NCBI GenBank assembly: GCA_965203555.1
Contig: CBDBCY010000004.1
Span: 1,057,554-1,121,553, forward strand
Direction: 5' to 3'
DNA length: 64,000 bases
Origin: Acidimicrobiia bacterium
GTDB taxonomy: Bacteria; Actinomycetota; Acidimicrobiia; Spongiisociales; ZC4RG35
Part shown: in pieces, positions 53,337-62,222 of the stretch
Layout: each line of letters begins with the position of its first letter
Position numbering within the stretch: the first letter of the stretch is position 1
The notes under the pieces: model-generated
What the model was told of the DNA's origin: nothing
The model's input: only the letters and a program-made list of their open reading frames with translations
Databases searched by the model: none
Position numbers and translations under genes: made by a program

Positions 53337-54014
53337 AGGATTTCGTTACGGAAGGATACCAATGGAGGTGATGAGGCAAGCGTATTTTGGGAATTTGGGA
53401 TGTAAGTGGGGAGTGCCACTGGACGGCGCGCAGGTAGAATCAACCGAATCGACGTCGCATGGCGGCGTGGTCACGGGTCTTTGATCTAATCGACACCCGA
53501 TGGTACGGATACCTGAGCGAAAGTGTCGTGGAGAGCTGGACCCACTCCCATCTCATCCCGCCAAGAGAGCGGCACTTGTGTGAGGTGCTCGCCAAGGGGA
53601 ACGCCAGGGTCACAGCGGAGGCTTAACCAGGTCGCGAATCCTTCCCGCACCGACTCAGCAGAACGGTGGCAACAGGGCAAACCCCACCCTCTCAGACCGA
53701 CCAAGTCAAGGTATCACCCTTGTCAACCTCCCCCCTGGCAACATCAGGTGGAAGGGGGAAGTGCACCCTTTGGTTGGTCACGCCGAGATGAACGACAACG
53801 TGGTTAAGGTCACAAACGCAGAGAAATCTGAACCACTCCGAGTGTCCGGAGGTGCAGCCCTTGGGAGGTGCAGCCCTTGGGAGATCCAGCTTAGGGAAAG
53901 ACAAGAAGAAACGTTAGCCGGAAGTCCGCTAGAGGGCTGTTCGGTTGATGTTCGTTGGTAAGCGCGAGCGTCGGTAGCAGTGGGCGGCGATTCATTGATC
54001 ACCGAGAAGGCGGG

Positions 54015-57000
54015 ATGTTGTCTGAAACCCTGCGTAAGTGGGTTGTCAGTCAGAATGCGAGTGCCTTGCCAGATCCAGCGGGGCCATGCTCAGTTTTCGC
54101 CGATACTTGGTGGAGAGCAGACATTAGGGTTCATCGAGTCTCCCGAGCCAGCCTATGGATGTCACACCCGGTAGGTAATCTGGCAGGGGAACGCATCAGA
54201 GGAGGACCATCCCAAGTGCAGTTGGAAGACCTAGCGCCCGGAACGGTGGTGGATGGATTGGTTGTGGGCGAGCGGGCTACCGTGGTGGCGGTCGATTGGC
54301 ATGGTGCGGGCACCGTCCAGGTGGTTTACCGAACGTTCCAAGGTGTCTCGGAGAGACTGCTCTCCCGGGCCGATGAGGCCCGTCTGTCGGTTGCCACCGA
54401 AGAGCGACCCTGGACGCTCGATGCGCCGGGGCACGCATTCAAGCTTGCCTCGGAGGCGCACCGCATCCAGCTGGCGCATCTGTTCGACCCCTACCTGGCT
54501 GTCCAGGGATCCAACATCGATCCTCTCCCGCACCAGATCGAGGCGGTATATCAGGAGATGCTTCCCCGTCAGCCGCTCCGGTTCCTTCTGGCTGATGATC
54601 CGGGAGCAGGCAAAACGATCATGTCGGGACTCCTGATCCGAGAATTGGATATACGAGGAGACGCCGACCAGGTGCTAATCGTGGCTCCGGGATCGTTGGT
54701 GGAACAGTGGCAGGAGGAACTTCATCAGAGATTCCACCTCTCTTTCGACATCTTCTCCCGTGACATGGTGGAGGCGGCTCGTACGGGCAATCCCTTCAAG
54801 GAACGCTCCCGCTTGATCGCTCGTCTAGATCAGTTGGCCAGAAACGAGGAACTGCAGGAACGGCTGAAGGCCTCAGAGTGGGACCTGGTGGTGGTCGATG
54901 AGGCTCACAAGATGTCTGCTCACCTCTATGGCCAAAAGCTGGAGAAGACCAAACGCTATCGGGTGGGAGAGATCCTCAGGGCCATTACTCGCCACTTTCT
55001 GCTGCTTACCGCCACCCCGCACAACGGTAAGGAAGAAGAATTTCACCTTTTCCTGGCCCTACTGGACCCCGACCGATTCGAGGGACGGTTAAAGGGAGAG
55101 GCCATTCCCGATTACTCCGATGCTATGCGCCGCTACGTAAAGGAGAAACTTCTCACCTTCGACGGTCGCCGCCTGTTCCCGGAGCGATTTGCTATCTCGG
55201 CCCAATACGAACTGTCGCTACCGGAGCAGGAGCTCTACGAGGCGGTCACGTCCTATGTGCGGATAGGCATGAACCGGGCCAAGCAGATGGAAGAGGGTGG
55301 TGATCGCCGGCGGGGATTGGCCGTGGGCTTTGCTTTGGCCGCTCTGCAAAGAAGATTGGCCTCATCCCCACAAGCCATCCATAGGTCTCTAGAGCGCCGA
55401 CGGGATCGCTTGAACAAGCGGCTCGATGAAATGAGAGACATCGCCGAGGGGAAAGCAGTTCCCAAAACCTCCACCAAGTCCGCAAAGCGAACGATCAACT
55501 TCGACGATTTCGACTTCGACGACTTCCGCGATGATGAGTTGGAGGAAATCGAAGACGCAGTCATCGACCAGGAAACCGCCGCCCGCACTATCCCAGAACT
55601 GGAAATAGAAATCTCCCAGCTCGCAGACCTAGAGAAAAAGGCTGCCCGATTGCGGGGTTTGAAGACCGACCGCAAATGGGAAGAGCTCCGGTCAATCCTC
55701 CACTCCGAAGAGATGACCTCTGCCAATGGTGTGGCTCGCAAGATCATCATCTTCACCGAACACCGGGACACGCTCGAGTACTTGGTGGCACGGATCGGAA
55801 CTCTGATAGGACGCTCCGAGGCGGTGGGATGGATACACGGTGGGATGAAGCGACACGACCGCCGCCGAGTCCAGCATGCCTTCGTCAACGATCCCAATCT
55901 GCGAGTGCTGGTGGCAACCGACGCTGCCGGAGAGGGAGTGAACCTACAACGAGCAAACCTGATGGTGAATTACGACCTCCCTTGGAATCCCAACCGTATC
56001 GAACAGCGTTTCGGTCGCATCCACCGGATCGGGCAGACGGAGGTTTGTTACCTGTGGAACCTGGTGGCACACGAAACGCGGGAAGGCGCGGTCTTCCATC
56101 GATTGTTCGAGAAGATCGAACAGCAACGGAAGGCGCTGGGCGGCCAGGTGTACGATGTGCTGGGTGACTCGATGATCGGGAAGTCCCTACGAGAGCTTCT
56201 GATCGAGGCGATCCGCTACGGGGACGATCCCAAAGTGAAAGCAAAGCGGGACGAAGTGATCGACGCCGATGTGGGCGAGCGCCTGCGGGACCTGGTGGAA
56301 CACCAGCAACTCGCTGAGGGGTGGATGGGGATAGACAAACTGTCCGACATTCGGGATGAGATGGAACGAGCCAGAGTCCGAAAGCTCCAGCCTGGATTCA
56401 TCCAAGCCTTCTTCATCGACGCCTTTCGCTTGCTACGTGGACGGATCCCCGAACGGGAGAAGAACCGATTCCAGATCACCCGCGTACCCCAGGGGCTCCG
56501 GGCCGACCCCTTGACCACCGTAGCCCGGGAATACGAGAGAGTCACCTTCGAACCCAGCCTGGAGACCGTGGAGGGAAAACCACCCGCTGAAGTCTTGAGC
56601 CCTGGACATCCACTCCTGGATGTGGTCATAGGGGCGATCAGAGCACAGTACGGTCGCTTTTTGCAGACCGGCACGGTGCTGGTTGATCCCGACGACTCGG
56701 GTACTACACCACGGGTCGTGGTGTATCTGGAACATCGGATCACCGATGGCAAACCCGAACGCAATGGTCGCCGTCCGGTGTCTCGACGATATCAGTACAT
56801 AGAGATACCGAAAGATGGGAAGCCCACCAGCGCCGGGCAGGCACCCTATCTGGACTACCGGCCTATCCGTGACGAAGAGCAGTCGATGATTAAGGCATTG
56901 GCTGAGGATGATTGGATCACGACCGCTCTGACGACCACCGCTCAGAGGTATGCCATAGAGCACCTGGCCCAAGTCCACTACCAGGAAGTTTCCCGCATCG

Positions 57001-57269
57001 TCACCACTCGGGTACAGAAGGTGAGAGCAGCGGTGAAGGAACGTTTGAAGAAAGAGATCCGCTACTGGGACGAACGGGTGTACGCCCTCAAGGAAAGGGA
57101 ATTGGCTGGCAAATCGACCGGTGGGTTCACCTCCGGGCACGCTCGCAATTTCGCCGACGATCTCGAGGCGCGCCTAGAGCGGCGCAATCGAGAACTCGAC
57201 CAAGAACTTGATCTTTCCAACCTGGATCCACCGGTGGGTTTGGTGGTGTGGGGTGGTGAAATGCTGTGA
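54015..57269 (+). CDS. SNF2-family (COG0553) helicase, C-terminally truncated by IS insertion (BrxHII-like / DUF3883-helicase)
   Basis: N-terminal SH3/Tudor-like region, then helicase motifs LADDPGAGKT (I), DLVVVDEAHK (II), LLLTATP (III), and C-terminal helicase motifs …LVATDAAGEGVNLQ…, …QRFGRIHRIGQ… (VI). The ORF terminates at 57269, exactly at the left IS junction. The track start at 53955 is a TTG, so the ATG at 54015 is preferred. Confidence 0.8.
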   Translation: MLSETLRKWVVSQNASALPDPAGPCSVFADTWWRADIRVHRVSRASLWMSHPVGNLAGERIRGGPSQVQLEDLAPGTVVDGLVVGERATVVAVDWHGAGTVQVVYRTFQGVSERLLSRADEARLSVATEERPWTLDAPGHAFKLASEAHRIQLAHLFDPYLAVQGSNIDPLPHQIEAVYQEMLPRQPLRFLLADDPGAGKTIMSGLLIRELDIRGDADQVLIVAPGSLVEQWQEELHQRFHLSFDIFSRDMVEAARTGNPFKERSRLIARLDQLARNEELQERLKASEWDLVVVDEAHKMSAHLYGQKLEKTKRYRVGEILRAITRHFLLLTATPHNGKEEEFHLFLALLDPDRFEGRLKGEAIPDYSDAMRRYVKEKLLTFDGRRLFPERFAISAQYELSLPEQELYEAVTSYVRIGMNRAKQMEEGGDRRRGLAVGFALAALQRRLASSPQAIHRSLERRRDRLNKRLDEMRDIAEGKAVPKTSTKSAKRTINFDDFDFDDFRDDELEEIEDAVIDQETAARTIPELEIEISQLADLEKKAARLRGLKTDRKWEELRSILHSEEMTSANGVARKIIIFTEHRDTLEYLVARIGTLIGRSEAVGWIHGGMKRHDRRRVQHAFVNDPNLRVLVATDAAGEGVNLQRANLMVNYDLPWNPNRIEQRFGRIHRIGQTEVCYLWNLVAHETREGAVFHRLFEKIEQQRKALGGQVYDVLGDSMIGKSLRELLIEAIRYGDDPKVKAKRDEVIDADVGERLRDLVEHQQLAEGWMGIDKLSDIRDEMERARVRKLQPGFIQAFFIDAFRLLRGRIPEREKNRFQITRVPQGLRADPLTTVAREYERVTFEPSLETVEGKPPAEVLSPGHPLLDVVIGAIRAQYGRFLQTGTVLVDPDDSGTTPRVVVYLEHRITDGKPERNGRRPVSRRYQYIEIPKDGKPTSAGQAPYLDYRPIRDEEQSMIKALAEDDWITTALTTTAQRYAIEHLAQVHYQEVSRIVTTRVQKVRAAVKERLKKEIRYWDERVYALKERELAGKSTGGFTSGHARNFADDLEARLERRNRELDQELDLSNLDPPVGLVVWGGEML

Positions 57270-58908
57270 AGTGCCTCTCTGACCTGGGAGAATAGCTGTT
57301 ACCAAACACGGCTATTTGCCCTGGCAGAGGAGGCACTTCTTGTGAAAATGATAACCAGGTTGGACAGGTTGGAGGTGAGGTTCGACGAGGGGTCGTTGGT
57401 CGCAGACGCGGGTCTGCTACTGGCCGGGAGTTTTTTGTCCCGGTTGGGTGTGGAACAGTTGGTGGACGACACCGTGAACATTCCCGGCAAACAGGGCGGC
57501 GCCCGTCCGGGCCGCAAGATACTGTCGTTGGTGGCGTCGATGCTGCTGGGCGGCACCCATATCGATCATGCCGATCGGCTGCGGTCTGCAGCCACCCGTA
57601 GGGTGCTGCCGTTTCGGGTGATGGCCCCTTTTCACGCTGGGAACGTTTCTTCGTTCTTTCACATGGGGTCATGTCTGCCAGTTGAACAAAGCCTTGGGAC
57701 TGCTGCTGGCCCGGGTCTGGTCCCAGCCGGGCATCGGCCCGGGCGACCGTCCGTTGATTATTGATGTGGACTCCACCATCTGCGAGGTTCACGGCAAGAA
57801 AAAGGAAGGCGCCGTCTACGGTCACACCGGTGTGTTGGGATACCATCCGCTGACGGCGATCGTGTCCGACACCGGCGAGATTGTTCATCATCGCCTGCGG
57901 AAAGGATCCTCGCAGAGAGGAAACACCCGGTTCATGGTGGAGACGGTCAACCGGGTGAGACGGGCCGGAGCGACCGGTACGATCACCGTCCGGGCGGACA
58001 AGGGCTTTTGGTCGGGTAAGACCGTGCAGAAACTGGAGTCCATGGGAGCGGAGTGGTTTATCGGTGTTCGACGATATCCCAACGTTAAACGTGCTATAGA
58101 GAACATAGACAAGGACGATTGGGTGGATATCGGCTACACCCCGGACGGTCAGGCGCAGGTGGCCGAGACCACTATCACCACCAAGATCGACAAAGAAGAA
58201 CACACCCTGCGGGTGGTGGTCAGACGCACCCGCCTCACCGACCGCCAACACCCCCCAGTTGCCGATCTGGTCCGACTGGCGACACCACGCGTTCGCCACC
58301 AGCAACCGTGTCCTCGAAGCGGTGGAAGCCGACAGTATGTACCGCCGTCATGCCTGTGTGGAACTGGGCATCCGCGACCTCAAACACCACGCCGGACTGG
58401 CCCACTGTCCATCAGGGCGGTTCTTCGCCAACGCCGCCTGGATGGCCGCCGCGGTGGCGGCTCACAACCTGTACCGGTGGATCAACCACCACACCGGCGC
58501 AACACCGAAGGGAAAGCTCACCTGCGGTCGCACGGTCCGCACCCGCCTTTTCAACCTGCCCGGAAGAATCGTCAACCACAGCCACAAACTCCTCCTGCGA
58601 CTACCCACCCGCTGGCCATGGGCACACACCTACCACACCGCTCTCAACAGCATCCGCACCCTGCCACAACTCTGCTGAACAACCCCGCCAGCAACCCAAA
58701 CCCTCTATCAGGACTGCATCACCCCGGCTGCCGCATACCCCAAAAGCCCCCCACCGGACCGTTCCCACCCCGCAACCCCACCGACAGACCCCGACCACCG
58801 TCCAAAGAACAAAACCCGCCCGCCAAAACACCAAAAACAAGCCCGATCACACCAACCACACCCACCCAAACCACCCGATCGGTGGATTGAGGTTCCAACC
58901 ATCCGCCT
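57262..58908 (+). mobile_element. IS1380-family insertion sequence (boundaries approximate) with frameshifted transposase
   Basis: The transposase is spread over three frames (57342..57764, 57682..~58260, 58259..58678) with IS1380-like blocks: …DVDSTICEVHGKKKEGAVYGHTGVLGYHPL…, …RADKGFWS…, …RHACVELGIRDLKHHAGLAHCPSGRFFANAAWMAAAVAAHNLYRW…. It is followed by a ~230-bp C/A-rich tail. It interrupts the helicase reading frame between …PPVGLVVWGG and VVGGALIIPQ…. Confidence 0.7.
57342..58678 (+). pseudogene. IS1380-family DDE transposase with two or more frameshifts
   Basis: See the mobile_element entry. Colinear homology needs +1/-1 shifts near ~57690 and ~58255. Confidence 0.65.
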
Positions 58909-59376
58909 GTGGTGGTTGGGGGTGCATTGATCATCCCACAGGGATTGCTCGAAGTTGAGAACCCGACGTTGCCCGTGAACCCGGACAGTCGGGAGGAGAT
59001 CGACCGGCGAGCGGTAGCAGCAGTGATGGCTGCCGAGCGCCGTCTGAGCCGAGAGCCGACCGAGATGGAGCATCACAACCCCGGGTACGACATCGAAAGC
59101 AAATGCCCCGCCACAGGTGACCTGTACTTCATCGAGGTGAAAGGGCGGATCGAAGGAGCCGATGCCATAAGCGTCAAGTCTCGGCAGATCCGCCAAGGTC
59201 TCAACCATCCGCATCGGTTCATTTTGGCTGTCGTGCAGGTGCCATCCGACCCCGATCCTGAGCCAGTCGTGCGCTATGTGCGCCATCCATTCAAAGGTGT
59301 GACTATGCCCTTCAGCACATATTCGGTCAACCTTCCTCTGAAAGAACTGCTAACTCGATCCACGGATCCATCATGA
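58891..59376 (+). pseudogene. Orphaned DUF3883 C-terminal domain of the IS-split SNF2 helicase
   Basis: …HHNPGYDIESKCPATGDLYFIEVKGRIEGAD… is the DUF3883 signature (GYDI.S…IEVKG). The open frame resumes immediately after the IS at 58891. It has no good own start (track calls GTG 58909) and continues the helicase C-terminus (…LVVWGG // VVGGALII…). Confidence 0.65.
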
Positions 59377-59460
59377 CCCAGAGTCGACCGAAGGAGTGCT
59401 TGTTACCCTTCCATGGGGCCTATCCCATACCCTGCCCCGACATCCGTGCGAAGTTACACC

Positions 59461-62214
59461 ATGGCCTATAAGAAGAAGCTGATCGAGGTGGCGTTGCCGT
59501 TGCAGACCATCAGCAAAGAGGCGGCACGGGAGAAGTCAATTCGTCATGGACACCCTTCTACCTTGCATCTGTGGTGGGCACGGCGCCCGCTGGCAGCGGC
59601 TCGTGCAGTGCTGTGGGCGTCGCTGGTAGATGACCCCTCGGCTCATCCCGGCCGATTTCCTACCGAACAGGATCAGTCGGATGAACGGAAGCGACTGTTC
59701 GAAACGCTCACAGACTTGGTGAAGTGGAAGAACACCAATAACGTCCAGGTGCTGTCCGCTGCGAAGGCCGAGATCCTGGCATCCTGTGACGGTGAGTTAC
59801 CCAACATCCTGGACCCCTTCTGCGGGGGCGGGACTATTCCTTTGGAAGCGCAGCGGCTGGGATTGCCTGCCTATGGCGGGGATTTGAATCCGGTGGCGGT
59901 CTTGATCTCGAAGGCCATGGTAGAGATTCCACCCCGGTTTGCAGGAATACCGCCGATCAACCCCGAAGCGGGGAACAGCATGGACGTTGGTTCTTGGGAA
60001 GGGGCACGAGGTCTGGCTGAAGACATTGTCTATTACGGCCGGTGGGTGCGAGACCAGGCTTTAAAGCGTATCGGACATCTCTACCCAAGAGCTCAGGTCC
60101 CCGAAGGTGTCGGAGGGCGGAGGGAGACTGTTATCGCCTGGATATGGGCTCGCACCGTCCAGTCCCCGGACCCGGCTTGGGACGGGCACGTGCCGCTTGT
60201 CGGCTCATGGGTATTGCGAAGGAGACCCGGGAAGCCGTGGGTATGGGTGAAGCCTTTGGTTGATCACGACACCCAAACCATCAGCTATCAAATCCGAGAG
60301 GGAGGCACACCTCCCAAAGGCACAGTAAAGCGGGCAGTTGGCACCTGCATAGCCACCGGGGCCACCATCCCAAATGCCTACATTAAAGAAGAGGGACAGG
60401 CAGGAAGGATGGGGCAACACCTGATAGCCGTGGTTTGTGAGGGACATGACGGACGCCGGTACCTGCCACCAGAAAGCACTCCACATGTAGAAGTGCCTAT
60501 ACCGGAGTGGGAACCTAGGGGAAGGCTGGACGGCAAGGCAGGGGATCAAATGCCTCTCTATGGCTCCACTCATTGGAGACATCTGTTCACAGATCGTCAA
60601 CTTGTCGCGCTGACCACCTTCTCGGATCTTCTGCTGGAGGTTCGATCATCCATAGAGCAAGATGCGCGAAAGGCGGATCTCCCCGCAGACAACAGGCCCC
60701 TTCGACAGGGGGGTTCTGGAGCCAACGCCTATGGTGAAGCTCTTCTGACCTTCCTGGCGTTTGCATTAGACCGATGCGCGGTTAGGTGGTCGGAATGCGT
60801 TCCATGGCATGCTGGCCGCGAAACCGTGGAACACGTGTTCGGGCGTCAGGCCATCGCAATGGTGTGGTACTTCCCGGAAGCCAACCCCTTCTCTTCCTCC
60901 ACCGGCAACTGGTTGGGACAGCTCACTTGGATCGGCAAGGTGGTCGAGAACCTCCCGGCTCAAGGATTGGGGGAGGTGTTTCAGCAGGATGCCCGAGCAC
61001 GGCTGAGTTCAGTTCCTAATCCGGTTGTGACCACCGATCCACCCTATTACGACAACATCTGCTATGCCGATATCTCGGACTTCTTCTACGTGTGGCTTCG
61101 ACACAACCTCCGCTCTATCTGGCCCGATGAGTTGTCCACCCTTGCTACCCCCAAGGCGGAAGAACTGATTGCCAGTGCCTACCGCCACCAGAGCAAAACA
61201 GCAGCCGCGCACTTTTTCGAGTCTGGAATGAGGGAAGTCTTGGGAGAAGCCGCTCAGGTGCAGCATCCCGATTTTCCAGTCTCCATTTTCTACGCTTTCA
61301 AACAAGCAGAAACCAAAAAAGGCGAAACCGTCTCCACCGGATGGCAGACGTTTCTCCAGGCACTCAACGACACAGGACTCAGAGTCTTGGCCACCTGGCC
61401 CATGCGCACAGAGATGACTTCCGGACTTAGGAGCCTGGCTTCCACGTTGGCATCATCAATCGTGATCGTATGCCGCCCTCGACCCGCCAATTCACCCCTG
61501 GCCACTCGTGGCGAGCTACTGGCGGCTCTCCGCTCTGAACTCCCTTCCGCTATGCGACTGTTACGAGAACAGGCTATTGCTCCTGTGGACATGGACCAAT
61601 CCATGATCGGCCCGGGTATGGCAGTGTTTTCCCGTTACTCCCGGGTACTAAATGCCGATGGAACCGCCATGTCGGTCCGTCAGGCCTTGGCTCTCATCGA
61701 CCAGATAAAGGAAGAGACCCTCTCGGAGGAAGAGACCGAGTTCGACTACGAGACCCGGTGGGCTCTCACATGGTATCGACAGTTTGGGGCAGACCTCGGC
61801 TCCTACGGAGACGCAGAGACCCTATCGAAAGCCAAGAACACCTCGGTGTCCAGCGTGGTCAGAGCCGGAATCGCCACTTCTGTGGCTGGTAAGGTGCAAC
61901 TCGTCCCGCGCGCCGACCTTAACCCAAACTGGGATCCTAGGGCAGATCCCAGCCCGAAGGTGTGGCAGGTTACTCAGCACCTTTTGGACCGCTTGGAGAG
62001 ATCCGAGACCGAAGCCGCCGATCTTCTCCGTCAAGCCGGTTCGGGTATGGGCGATCGAGCCCGGCAACTCGCCTATTTGCTCTATCAAACCGCGGATCGC
62101 CGGGGGTGGGCGCAAGAGAGAATCGTTTACAACATGCTGGTGACCGTCTGGCCGACTCTCGTTGACTTGGCTGCCCAGCCATCCCCCGGACAAGGCAGCC
62201 TCCTGGAAGCATGA
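59461..62214 (+). CDS. DUF1156 (COG1743) putative adenine-specific DNA methyltransferase of defense systems (PglXI-like)
   Basis: MAYKKKLIEVALPLQTISKEAAREKSIRHGHPSTLHLWWARRPLAAARAVLWASLVDDP is the conserved DUF1156 N-terminus. …DPFCGGGTIPLEAQRLGL… is a motif-I-like SAM-binding loop. …VVTTDPPYYDNICYADISDFFYVW… is a DPPY motif IV. The track ORF begins 16 codons earlier at 59413. Confidence 0.85.
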   Translation: MAYKKKLIEVALPLQTISKEAAREKSIRHGHPSTLHLWWARRPLAAARAVLWASLVDDPSAHPGRFPTEQDQSDERKRLFETLTDLVKWKNTNNVQVLSAAKAEILASCDGELPNILDPFCGGGTIPLEAQRLGLPAYGGDLNPVAVLISKAMVEIPPRFAGIPPINPEAGNSMDVGSWEGARGLAEDIVYYGRWVRDQALKRIGHLYPRAQVPEGVGGRRETVIAWIWARTVQSPDPAWDGHVPLVGSWVLRRRPGKPWVWVKPLVDHDTQTISYQIREGGTPPKGTVKRAVGTCIATGATIPNAYIKEEGQAGRMGQHLIAVVCEGHDGRRYLPPESTPHVEVPIPEWEPRGRLDGKAGDQMPLYGSTHWRHLFTDRQLVALTTFSDLLLEVRSSIEQDARKADLPADNRPLRQGGSGANAYGEALLTFLAFALDRCAVRWSECVPWHAGRETVEHVFGRQAIAMVWYFPEANPFSSSTGNWLGQLTWIGKVVENLPAQGLGEVFQQDARARLSSVPNPVVTTDPPYYDNICYADISDFFYVWLRHNLRSIWPDELSTLATPKAEELIASAYRHQSKTAAAHFFESGMREVLGEAAQVQHPDFPVSIFYAFKQAETKKGETVSTGWQTFLQALNDTGLRVLATWPMRTEMTSGLRSLASTLASSIVIVCRPRPANSPLATRGELLAALRSELPSAMRLLREQAIAPVDMDQSMIGPGMAVFSRYSRVLNADGTAMSVRQALALIDQIKEETLSEEETEFDYETRWALTWYRQFGADLGSYGDAETLSKAKNTSVSSVVRAGIATSVAGKVQLVPRADLNPNWDPRADPSPKVWQVTQHLLDRLERSETEAADLLRQAGSGMGDRARQLAYLLYQTADRRGWAQERIVYNMLVTVWPTLVDLAAQPSPGQGSLLEA

Positions 62215-62222
62215 GATAGGAC

